Shown here in pieces: positions 52,060 to 64,000 of a DNA stretch of 64,000 nt. Every line of letters begins with the position of its first letter. The first letter of the stretch is position 1. The notes below the pieces were generated by a model. That model was not told where the DNA came from. It saw only the letters and a list, made by a program, of their open reading frames with translations, and ran no database searches. The DNA comes from Tricharina praecox (taxonomy: Eukaryota), in assembly GCF_024521635.1 (NCBI RefSeq), contig NW_026250410.1, forward strand, positions 62,001-126,000, read 5' to 3'. The position numbers and the translations under genes are program-made.

Positions 52060-55000
52060 GTCCTGAGTCAGAGTCAGAAGCGACAAGTCCAAGTCCAATT
52101 AATCCAATAATCCCAACGGCCCAACAGCGCTCACAAGCGCAGGTCCGCAGCAGTGGGGACTGCATACCACTCTATTTGCCCTCTACTCTGGAGTCCACTC
52201 TTGGAGGAGGCTTATTCAAAAAGAGGAAGAGTCAAAAAACGGTTGCCTGCTCCTTGGCATGCGCGGGGGAGGGAGGGCTAAAAGTAACTGACCAAATAGC
52301 AGGCCTAACTATTTCAGGCCTAACTATGTCGTGCATTAACGACCATCGGATTGGTCCTTCCCACTTCATCACCAGCGTCATGAACCGTCACTCCCACACT
52401 CCCCACAGTGCGACAGTCCGACAGAACACTTCGCCCCCCGCTGCCCTGCATGCATACATAGCCACCAAAATCAGCCACGGTCCATGGAGCTTCGTAGTCA
52501 TCGCTTATCGCTCCCCGCAGAAGCGAACGCGAAGGGGCCCTCGCGGCCTCTTGCTTCGTCGAGTCGTCATGGATTCATGGCTGGCTGGCTCGGACTGGAC
52601 TATTCGCCGTTGCGCGGCGCATCGGACAGGTTCAGGTTCAGTCGGTCAGCTACGGCCGTATCTACAGTACGGCTGTAGGCACCAACGCGCATGAACTGCT
52701 GCAACCCCCCCCCCCCCCCCCCCCCCCTCCCAGCACCCCCAGCACGTCGAACTCCATGGTTGACAGCAGGGGTGCTGAACCACCAGGGAGTCCTGGGGAT
52801 CCGAAGACGCCTGATTCGCGTCTTTATCCCAGCGCCGCGCCGCGCTGCGCTGCGCTGGGGACTGGGGAGGGTGGAAGATCAAACCAAACCATACCGAAAA
52901 ATAGTACCAAACTCTCTCTCTCCCAGTCCCAGTCCCGACTCCCACTCCCTAGCCTAGGGCAGGGTGCGATGCATACTGCGGATAACTATTTTTCTCCTAA
53001 CCGTCTCTGAGCTCTCTCTCGTCTCCTTTTCCGTTCCTTCGGTCGGTCGTCTTCTTCCTCGAGACTCCAGACTCGAGTTAACCATGGCACATGGTTATGG
53101 GGTGTGCATAATATACTCTAGGTACATACCCTTGGGAGAGCTCGCGGTTCCTGCCCCGGCAGCCCTGGGCCCTGGCAAGACGCAAGTTCCACTGTTGCAC
53201 CGTGCACGTCGTCGCTTGATGCCATTAATAACTACCGGACGGCGGGCACTGGGCAGGCAATAGCAATATGGGAGGTGGATCTTGCAGAGCGACGAGTCGC
53301 AGGGGCCTGGGGATGGCCATGGACATTGGAGAGGGAGGAAGGGAACGGGGGATAGATTGATCTTCGCCATGTATGTACCGCCGTACCTACTCTAGGTTTT
53401 GGCATGATCATCGACATTGGACTGGGTTCAGGAATAGTTGCCCATGGTATGAGCTTTCCTGGGGCTGGGGAAGCAAGAACTCAAACTTCACGGAACGAAT
53501 AACTAATGCTCACCTCATCATAGCATACCCGCATTGCTGCTGCTGCTGCCAAACATAACATAATCCTCCGTTTTTTGTCTTTCTTCTCGGGTTGCAGGAC
53601 AGGGCAGGATAGGGCAGCGAGTATCATGCAGGAACGGCGAGTCTCGACATCAGCTAGCCCCCGTTCCCCGACAGCCAATACATGCTCCGAGCGGAGCTGA
53701 GTTCGAAGGAAATGTCTGATACATGTTAGCTACAGGTTCGGGCGCTGCCGGTTGACGACAGATAGACACGCCGGTAAGGACTGCGGCGCTGTCCATGGGA
53801 TGAGGGGTGGTGTGGCCGGGCGAAACGACTTCTTCCATCCTTCCTTTCTTCCTTCGGACCTTCGCGGTGACTTGCAGCCAGGCAGAGACAGCCAGGCATG
53901 CAGCCAGGCTTCCTCGGGAGGGAGGAAGATCTCCATCCCGATGGATGAACACAGTGGAAACGTAAGCGGAGGAGGGCGGAGGATGGTAGGCGTACTCCAG
54001 AGGTGCTGTTGTAGACTTGCACTCCGGGTGAACTATACCTTACTCTACCTCTACCTCTACATGTGTGTGTGTGTCTGTGTGAGAGTGAGCATGAGGGCGG
54101 AGAAGGGGGGTGCGTATCTGAATCTCGGAGTATGATGTAGCCATGACTGCCAGTCGTCGCCCTCGTCCTCGTCGTCAGTAGGAAGCAAGCACCTGTAGCT
54201 GCGAGACTTTGCGAGACTTTGCCACCAGTGGCCACCACCGAGGAGCAGGATTCAGTCCGAGACTCCGAGACTCCGAGACTCAGAGTCCAACGTTCTGGAG
54301 GTCCTGAGCTCACCGACGAGCTGTAACTGCTAGTAAGTGCCTACTAGTACCTACGGCACCTACCTGCTGCACTGCACAGCACAGTTTGTTTGGTTCCGAA
54401 AGCCCTACGCCCCTACGCCCCGCCCGCATCCACCGTACATCAACAATATCGATCACCGTGCATCGACAATATCGATCACCGCACACACACGTCTCGTCCG
54501 GACCCACGAAAGCGACGTCGTTTGCAACCCTCCGCCGCCCGTTCGCCGTTCGACTCGACTCGAGTCACGACGAAACGCCATATCCGTGCGTACATACATC
54601 CAATCTTAAACGGCGGCGGCGGGCGCTACCCTGTGTTTCCATCCATCCATCCAACCAGTGACGTCCTTTACCAGCAACAGCAGCAGCAGCACCACCACCA
54701 CCACCACCACCACCAGCAGCGAGCGAGACAGACAGGGCCGTTGAGCATCCGAGCGTCTCTCGCAGCCAAGCAAGTCAAGTCAAGCAAGCGGAAGAGTTAG
54801 GGAAAAAAGAAAGGAAAAAACAAAAACAGAACAGAAAAAACAAAAAATAGAAAAACAAAAGTTTACTCTGGGTCCCATCCCAGCACAAACATTCAACAAG
54901 CTTGCAGCAAGCAGCAGCAAAGCATCTGCAGCCAGTCATTCGCTCCGTCCGAGGCTCCCTCCCTCCTGTCATTACGGCTCTTTGCGTCGAGCTTGCGTCG

Positions 55001-58000
55001 AGCGAGCTTGCCTTCACGTCCTCCTCCCTCACTCTTCCTTCAGTCATTCTTGCTTTTTCTGTTTGTTTTCTTTTCCGATTCACATCTACATAGCCTCGGC
55101 TGCACTGCTCTGCGGCAAGCCAGACAAGCCAGACAAGTCCAGGAGGGTAGAGTCAGTAGTTGCCGGTATCAGACCCAAGTAGGGAAGCATCCGACTCGAC
55201 TCTTTCGAAGTCAGCCTCCGAGAGAGAGGAGAGGGTCGCGGAGGTTATTTCGTCCTAGTCGCCACCAACTGTCAAGTGTGGGAGGGAGGGGGGGAGGTTC
55301 GTCCCGCCGCAACCTATCACCGCCCTTAGTTACAGACGATCTGCAATTTTGCCAAAAAGCCCGGCCTCCAGTTGAATAGCAATCGTTCCAACCCGTTCAG
55401 CCTACTGCCTACTGGTCTGGTCGACCCTGCCCTGCCCGCTCGTTCCAACTCACGGGATTGGGATTGGGATTCCACTCCAAGCAACCCCCCCCCCTCCCCC
55501 TCCTTCACCACCACCACCACCACCACCACCACCACCACCACCACCACCACTAACTCCACCACCCACCCACTAGTTTCTCTACAACCACCACCACCCCAAC
55601 TGACCCCCTTCCACCCCCCCCCCCCCCCCCCATCCCTCCCCCTCTCCCCTTACGATAATCATTCGGCTACCACTATATCGTTTGGGCAGTGCTGTTTCTC
55701 CACAAGCGTTGGGGTTTTCCGTTATTTAGTCCACTGGGTTGCCGTCGCCGTCGACGTCGACGTCTCCTCTCGTTGGCCGATTTCAATCATCTCCTTGCAT
55801 AGGACCTGCGTCTCTGCGTCTCTGCGTATCGTATCGCCTCGCATACAGACATACATAGCATCCATTATTTCATTTCACCACACGAGAAGAAGAAAGAAAG
55901 AAAGAAACCAGACGGACTGACTGTGGCTCGACTGGAACTGATCCCTGCCGAGAGAGCTTGAGCTTGAGTGACATTTCGGTACGTTGCTCGCTCGCACACT
56001 TCACTTGCTTCACTTGCGCTTCGTCCCGTTGTTTTGTTTTCCCCTCGCTCCTCCCGTTGCTTGCTTCTTCCGTTGAATCACGCCTTTTTTTCCTGTCGTT
56101 TCTGGACCGACCGGTCGGTCTGTCGGTCGGTTTGTCGGTCTGTTGGGCCGGCCGCCTCCGCCTCCGTCATCTCGCACGCACGCACATGTCTGGCGTGAGA
56201 AGCCGGTCTAGCTTCAATCTATTCCGCCATCCCCACCCCCATCTTTCCGGTTTTTTATTTTTATTTTTATTTTCCCCCTTCGCGTGCCTCACTCATGATT
56301 CTATGACCTCGCGTCACTCCATCTCCTTCCTGCTGGGCCCGCCGTCGGCCGGGATGGGGGATGGAGGTTGGGGTTTGGTCGATGATGATCATGATCGGGC
56401 CATGCAAGAGGGTTTAGCGGCCGTTTGTGGGGAAGTTGCGCACTGGCGGTTTTTTTTTTGGCGGGGAGCTTTGTCTTGCATCATCATCATCGCGGTGGGG
56501 AAGGCAATATCTCGGCTGACTTTTGGGGGCGGTGTGTGTTCTCTCCTCACATTCACGCAGTTGGTTCACGCTTTCACGCTTATACGTTCCACGCTTTCCC
56601 GCTTTCCACGCTACGCAGCCAAGTTACGCAGAGTGTCAGATACCGATACCGCACCCTACTTAGTACTGACTCCGTCGACGTCGACGTTCCGGGCCTTTGG
56701 TTCCTCTCTTCTGCTCGTCCACTTCTCGGGACTCGAATCGACCTCGAATAATACTCGCCTTGCCTTGCCTGCCCCTTCTGAGCCCGCCAGCCCAGCCAAT
56801 CACACGGCCGGCCAGCCCAACCAACCACCAACCGCACCAACTAGGCCCAGACGCACTCTCCCGACCTTCCCTTCCACCAGCAACCACCCCCGGCCTTCCA
56901 CCTCTCCACCCTTCCCCCTTCGCCGTCCCGCTGGCTGTCTTGTGGTCGTTGCGCCCCAGCGCGGAAGCTGGGATCATGAACAACAATAGTGAGTAACTAA
57001 AACTACCTTCCTTCTTGCTAGCCTAGGCCTGCCTATCTCCCCACTGCTTCTGTTCGCATTCGCTTGAATTGAACTCTATCTCCCCTTCTCTCTATCCCTC
57101 TTCCTTTCTCGTTTCTCTCTCTGCTGTTCTGAGTGTCATTTCCCACACCCCCCGTCCGCTCTGGTGGGGTCGCTTGCAGTTCGCAGCACCCGGCCATGCC
57201 AATAGCAGCAGCAGCAGCCAACAGCCCAGCAGCAGCTCGCAGCGCGCAGCAAGCATAACATCATGTCAGTAATTCTGCCAGATGCGCGTAGGTGGTGCAT
57301 CTCTTGATCGATGCAGTCCTCTGGTCCAGATAGCTGCTGCTGCTGCCCTGCTAGTCTGGCCTGTTTTTGGAATACTCTCCCCTTCTCTGATCTCCTACCT
57401 GCCCTGGTCCCCCCCCCCCCGTCAGAGTTCAGTTCAGTCGGTCGGTTTTCGTGGCTCCCACCACCACCCTCACAAACTGCACCTGCTCACCACTACCATG
57501 GCGACACTGCCCCCCTAACTTGAACCCCTCCATCATTATCATCATCATCATCATCATCATCTATCCAGCCCCCCCTCCCTCCAATACCCCTCCGACTTCC
57601 CCCAGTCGCGCCCGACGCCTTTCTCATAGTTCTGGCTGCTTCTGAATCGTCTTCCCTCTTGGTCAATCCTTCCCTCCTCGGTTTTGGCCCTCGATTCATT
57701 GCATAGTGTAGAGTACAACCCCCCCTAGCTACTACTATTACTATTGCTCTAGAGTACACTCTACTACCCTAACCTACCCTACCCTACCCACCCCCCCCGC
57801 CCCCCCTTCCCCTCCACCCATCCCTTGTTCCGGGAGCTTACCTACCTTCCCTCAAGGCTCCCTCTGTGGCTGTTTGGCTGTTTCAAGCTTGACGGAGAGA
57901 GAGTGCGCGGTCATCCATCCGCATTGCTTGTTTCTTGCCTGCTTGCCTGCCTCTGCCTGCCTGCCCTCCTTCCTTCCTGCCCTTTCGCACGTCCGATGCA

Positions 58001-59717
58001 CCTCCGCACCGATTAGTGATGCCTAGCGAGGTCTTCGGCACGTGGTTTTGAAGACCCCGTCGAGCGGGCCAAGCTCGAGGGAAGAGGAAGCGGCGGCGAC
58101 GACAACCATGGAAGCGCATGGACTGAGCACATCGCTGCTGTTGCTCCTGCTTGCCTCCTGCACAGCCATCCAACTACTGAGCACCTTGCCCTTCGACCTT
58201 GCTCCTTCTCCTGCCTACCTCCTCCTCCTCCTTCGAACCTAGCCTAGTCGATACCAGCCCATAAGAGAAGCCCATTAATTCCTACGCTTTCCAAACGCGA
58301 TTATAAGCACTTAATTTTTGTCTTTTTTTTACTTTCTTTTTCCTTTCGATTCTTCCTTTTTTTGCCTCTTTAAAAAAATTACCGCGTATATTATTATCGA
58401 CGTCTCTGGTTACGAGTCCTTCTCTAACGCAAGCACCTTTTTTTCCTTGCGTGCGCTTCACAGGATTCGGTCCCGTTCAGATGTCTCCGAAACCCGATCA
58501 CCTCAGCAGCTTGTCGGTTGAGCGAGAACATCACCATCTCCATCACCACCAACAACAGCAGCACCAGCAGCAGCAGCATCATCACCACCAACAGCAGCAG
58601 CATCATCACCAGCAACAGCAACAGCAGCACCACCATCACCTCCAGCAGCAGCAGCAGCACCCGAGCTCACACAGCTCGATCCAGTCGCTCCCCGTTCCAT
58701 CGTCGTCGGGCAACAACAACCGGTTTGGCGCACCACTTCCGGCGCTGCAGGATCCTCGGTATGACTCTCTCCCATTCCTTCCACCACCACTACCACCTTG
58801 CTTCCCGAGTGGTTGGTTTTTGCTTTCTGCTCCCTTTGCCCCGAGAGAGAAGTGTTTCCCCCCCGGCAGACAGAGAGAGACAGAAGACGAAGACAAAAAA
58901 AAAGAAAAAAAAGACAGCGGCGTCACAGAGTACATCGTGCGCCGCTGTCGAATTCGGCTTCAATGATTTTTTTCCTTTGGTTCCGGGTGCTGTGTCACTC
59001 ACTCGCTTTGCTTGTTTCTGGTACTCGGAAGTTCCGTGATTTTTTTATATTCCTTTTATATTCCTTTTATATTTTTTTACTTCGTTTGGGATCGTCCGAT
59101 CCCGACGATTCGCGGTTGACGATTGATTCGGACGGATGGTGTTGGATCCCGTCGCCGACGAGAGGAAGATGCTGGTGACGATAATCGCTTTCGGTTCACT
59201 GCCGTAGCGTAATCGTCGACCATCTCTCCCTGTCTGTCGAGGAGATATTCGACAGATAACCGATCTTCGGCTTCATTCCTTCCCCCGCGTCGTCAGTTTC
59301 ATTTCCTTCTTCCCGTCGGTTTCATTCCTTGCACCGTTCGCCGTGCTGCTGCGGCTGCTGCTATACCCCTCCCAAGCCCTCCGTACCCCTCCACACGCTG
59401 CACTCACGGTCCATGTCATGGACTCGTACTCGCTCGCGCGTTGATTCGCTCGGTAGCCTGGCTACTCTAGTGTGGCGTTCGCTCGTTCGCTCGTTGCTCT
59501 CTTTGGCGTTGCTCGTGTCATATTCCCTGCATAACTCTCCCCTCCCCCTCCATCTCATTCCTCCATCGCTCACTCTGCAGCGTCCGACCTTCTCGGTGCA
59601 TTGCCCTCGCAGGAGACTCGGCGCGGCTGGCTGTATGAGCTCTGATTGCTGCCGTGTGCATTGCCTCGTCCTGCCACAGCTGCAGCCCGCCGCCGCTTGT
59701 GCCGCCCATCCCATCCA

Positions 59718-59749
<32 letters not shown>
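45462..59749. repeat. Microsatellite-dense non-coding region
   Basis: Examples: (GTCCGA)n 45462-45510, (CT)n 52024-52056, (CAC)n 55505-55550, poly-C 59719-59749. Confidence 0.85.
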
Positions 59750-59752
<3 letters not shown>

Positions 59753-62700
59753 CTCCCTCCCTCCCTCCCTCCACACCCACCACCACCCCACCCACCGCGC
59801 ATCGGGACGCTCGCTCACCCACACACCGACATCCTTCTGCATACACCTCCGACGCTGCCCCTCTTCTGCCTTCTGATTGGTGACCCTTGATTGATTGATT
59901 GATTGATCGATTGATGGGGCGTGTCGGTCGAACGATCGAGTGAGCGACCTCTCCGTCGAGTCGCAGTCATCGTCGTTGGCGGTGCTGCGTCGCGTCTTAC
60001 CATTTTCTCCCGCCGGCCACGGGCTGCTTCTGCCTACTGCCTACTGCACCTACCCCATCACCATCCCGGTCATTCTTCACGCACACACACACACCCCTCC
60101 CCCAGCCCCACAGCCTGACTCTGGGTCTTCGACTCAAGCAAGCAAGCGAGCGGCCAGTGCAGCAGCAAAAGCAGAACAATCAATCTGCCCCATACACGGC
60201 GTTGGCTGTGATAGTAGTCAGTACGTCTGTCTGTCTGTCTGTCAGTCAGGCCGCGGTCAGTCGTCTGTCCCCAATCGCTCACTTCTGTTCTCGCATTATT
60301 ATTCATTTATTCGTCGTTTTATTGCTGCTGTTATTTTCGTTGTCGCTCTTTTATCTGTCTGTGTGTGGTGCTTCGTTCTCTGCCCGGCCATTCACCTGCG
60401 CACTCATCGCTCTCTCTCAACTCAACTCATCCGTTGGGTTGCTGGTGGTTGCTGTGCCTCATCTTGATCCCGCGATTCTCGAGACTCCCCCCCCCCCCCC
60501 CTCCCAACTCTATTTTCATCACGTTCGCATTCTCATTCACTCTCACTCTCCTTCTACCTCCCCTTCCCTCTCGCCGTCAAGTCGACCGCTCTCCGAAGTC
60601 TTGATCGTCTGCGGTCCGTCTGTCTCTGACTCCGTTTGTCCTCTCTTCCTGCCCTCTCTCCTAGCTCTCGCTTCGTCGTCATCACGCGACGGGCCTAGCT
60701 GAAGTCTTGTCCCGTCCGCTATTTCTCTCCCCCTCGCTCGCTGCTCACTCACCCTCGAGAACACACCCCCCGTCAGAGTGAAAAAACACCGCGCTGACCC
60801 TTGCTGCCCCCCCCGCCCCCTGCTCGCAGATACACGGCCACAACCTCTACCTCTTCGGGTTACGAAACATCCACACCTACTCCCACCTCCGCTGCTTCCT
60901 CCATCGCGTACTCCTCCTTCAACAACGGCTTCCAGCCCACCTCCTACCATCCCCCCTCCTCATCCGCCTTTAGCTACTCGCTTACATCACCGCACGACGC
61001 CAGACCGCGAATCCCCTCAATGTACGGAAATACCCTCGTTGCTGTTTTCTCCCTTCGCTTCGTGATCGTTCGCCCTCGTCAGCGTGTTCCGACGTCGTCG
61101 TCGTGATCCGTCGTCGTCGTGATCCGTCGTCGTTGGCGTCCGTTGTATTGCTGTAGTCGTAGTTGGTGTCGTTATTATTGTTGTCCTGTCGCCGTTGGTT
61201 GTTCTGGAAGCTCACTCCCGCTGTTGCTGCAGACAAAGCCCCACGTCAGGAATGGCGCCGCACAACCGATCTTCCTCGGGGAGCACGAAGTCTGTCTCAC
61301 CATCACAAGGATCTTCCTCCGTGCGAACGGAATACACGACGAGCACACCCGGCGTGGCGCGACACCTTCCATCGCGCGCATCGCAGTCCGAAATCCTCGG
61401 TTCCCCGCACTCTTCGATGAACCCCACCACCGCTGTGTCTCCCACCATGGGCAGCCTCGCCTCGCCCGGCCACGATCACAGCACGAACGGCCTCGGCGTC
61501 AACACTGGCGGTCCCCCGTTGGGCGAAACCCAGCAGCTACAGCATCTGTCCTCGGCCGACGGACACATCGTACGACCCGAGATTCACGCTCGCGTCGACA
61601 AGGGATTCTTCCTCTCGGACCGTGATTGGACGTGCTACCGACGAAACTACTTTTCGGTGATCTGTAGCTACTCGCTTCTTCCCGCGTCGCTCTCGCTTCC
61701 ATTGTATCTGCGCAGGACACCCAGCTCGCAACGCGAGCACATCCTCTCCTTCGCCATGTGCATCTCGGCAGTCGTCGACGCGCCCGGCGGCAAGACGGTT
61801 GAGCTCGTGCAACACACGCCGAAACGCGATAAGGGCCCCCAACACAAGCCCGCCAAGGTCAAGCTGAGCCCGCAGCCCGCAGGAGGAATGTACGCCGGCA
61901 CGAGTGCGAGTCCGTCGATCCAGCAACAAGGACACGCCTTGCAGCAAGGCTTGGACCATGACTACACGTTTCCGCAGCAGACGCAGCAGCAGCAGCAGCA
62001 CCAACACATCGCGGTCTTCGATCGTATTCAGTTTAAGTCGGCGACCGCCAACAACGGCAAGCGTCGCGCTGCGCAGCAGTACTACCATCTCATCGTCGAG
62101 CTCTACGCAGATGTGGGCAGTCCGGCTTCATCCGCGCCCGGCCAGCCCGACGCAACGGGCGGTGACGGAGGTTGGGTCAAGATCGCGCAGAGGATATCGG
62201 CTCCCATGGTCGTGCGCGGCCGTAGTCCCGGCCACTACGCGGATGAGCGACGTCAGAGCAGTACGTCGAGCCCGGGAGGAGGCAGCACCGGCGGAAATCC
62301 ACAGGGCGGCCCCCACGCCCCCTCGCACACCTCGGCCGGTTCCGGATACATGGGAACGGACGGACTGTCGTCTGCTGGTCCTGGCGGTTCGAATCAGGGC
62401 ATGAGTAATTTGCAGCACGTCGCTTCGCCTCCGACATCATCGGTGAACCACCATTCGACCCCGTCCATCGCTAGCGCTTCGCCAGCCTCGCATTACACAC
62501 CGATCGATCCCAACCTCGGCGATGCCTCTCCACAGATCTCGGGTACCTTTGACAACTACACGTACGTTCCGTCGACACTGTATCAGTCGGCACATCTCCC
62601 CCCGCCACCGAGCGTCGACAGCGGTTACGAGACCCACACGTCGTACAACGGCGATCGCAAGAGCGAACACCCCCTCGACACCTCGTGTCCGCAGTACGAG

Positions 62701-62934
62701 AATGAGATATCGGCGTATATTCCATCGTCGGTTGCGAACGCCGAATCGTATCGCAACAAGACCATTGTCAAGGAGGAATTTTCCCCAGCGGGTGCGGTTC
62801 CCTGGCACGGAAGTGGCGCTATCGCCGGACGCGATCAGCGCTTCAGTCACAGCAATAACCTGTTTACGAAGTGCGGAACCTTTGAGACGGCGGAGACGTC
62901 CAAGGGCTACTACCCCGACATTCCTCCGCTGTGA
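56976..62934 (+). CDS. NDT80/PhoG-family transcription factor (NDT80/FSD-1-like), 4 exons: 56976-56988, 58464-58758, 60830-61021, 61233-62934
   Basis: Domain motifs DKGFFLSDRDWTCYRRNYF, LVQHTPKRDKGP, FKSATANNGKRRAAQQYY and VRGRSPGHY. All three upstream introns have GT donors, CTRAC-like branch points and CAG acceptors and join in frame. The domain call is secure; the 5' exons are less so. Confidence 0.88.
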
Positions 62935-64000
62935 TGCGCATCCCGGCAGTTTTCAGTGTGTGTGTGGGGTTAGGTGTGTGCGTAAGGCGTCGGGATCGGC
63001 GGCCTCACCTCAGCCGTCTCACACTAATCACGAACGGATATTCAACCTACCGCTGGCCGTTGACGAAAATGGATGATGAAGCTGTTACGAATGGCATTTC
63101 TAGTTGGCGCGATTTGTGGACTTGTGACTTGTTTTCTTTCCTGCTTCCGGTTCGGAGCAGCTGCTTTGTAACATCATTCATATTGTTTGCTATTCGGGTT
63201 TTACATCTATTTCCCCTGGGTTTGTGTTTCTTTTTCATTGATTCCATTTCCTTTTCTTCCGGGGGTTTTCCATTTTTTTTTTCTTCTCGGCGTGTGTTTC
63301 CATTGCGTGGAATTTCTTGATTGTTCGGGGGATGTTGCGGGTTTACGGCAAAACTGGAGCGCTGCTGGAGCCATGGAATTACTACTTACATCTTCATCAT
63401 CGTTAGGATTGGGATCGGGATATCAGTTGTACTTGCGTTTTGCTTTTTGTTTCTGCTCTTATTGTTTTCTGCTTTTCACTGACATTTTCCTCTTGATAAT
63501 CATATTGTCTTGTTCTATGGTGTTACTGGTGGAGATATCTCGGTTTGGTCAGGGTGTTTAGTTGACTTGATGTCTACTATTTGGGCGCTGTTTTTTTTCT
63601 TTCCGTTCTTCATTGTTTTTTTTTCCCCTCCTCATTTTTTTTCTCCCCATTTGTTTTCTCACCATTACTATTCTCCGAGTGTTTTTTTTTCTTCCACTTT
63701 TACTTTTACTTGTGTGTTTGGCAAACGTAGGGACTGTTTTCTGTGTGTGGAATGGAATGGACTGGACTGGACTGGACCTAGGGGCGGACGGGGAATGGGG
63801 GAAATGGCGAATATTAAGGGTTTTTTTTCTTTTCTTTCTTCTCACTGTTTACCGCAATGCTGGATGGGATGTCGGGATGTTGGGGGGACGAGGGGGACGG
63901 GGACGGCGAGGGGGATGATGGCGGGTGGACGTTGGACGAGGACAGTGGCGGGTGGATGTGTGGGTGGTCTGTAGTTCACTTTACCTTTACCTTTGATTTT

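Noticed and set aside
43259..60800. Many low-complexity ORFs (e.g. 55958..56989) and antisense shadow ORFs of real genes
   Set aside because: Microsatellite- or GC-driven open frames without domain features.

Overview
Intron-containing genomic DNA of a filamentous ascomycete (GT-AG introns with CTRAC branch points; the lineage is an inference). The window has about 15 protein genes: a small secreted protein, a Myb/SANT-like protein, cytosolic-type aspartate aminotransferase, GH47 alpha-1,2-mannosidase, ATP19, BRF1, eIF3g, a rhomboid protease, a PIF1 helicase, a head-to-head acyl-CoA carboxylase pair, an NDT80/PhoG transcription factor and several hypotheticals. Between them lie repeat-rich accessory stretches. 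The main signal is three dispersed copies, within 30 kb, of a ~285-bp cassette carrying a whole U4 spliceosomal snRNA gene (upstream element, TATA, U4, 3' trailer). All three copies have the same sharp ends, and each sits beside a second, unexplained repeat family. Also notable: the carboxylase pair looks peroxisomal (PTS2 and PTS1 signals, two CCGAGG sites in the shared promoter); the aminotransferase has a hidden PTS2 extension; there is a 3.3-kb non-autonomous hAT-type element with TIRs and an 8-bp TSD; and the NDT80-like gene has a 13-nt first coding exon, kb-scale introns and a ~13.7-kb gene-free upstream region. Exon models were worked out by hand and no database searches were run.
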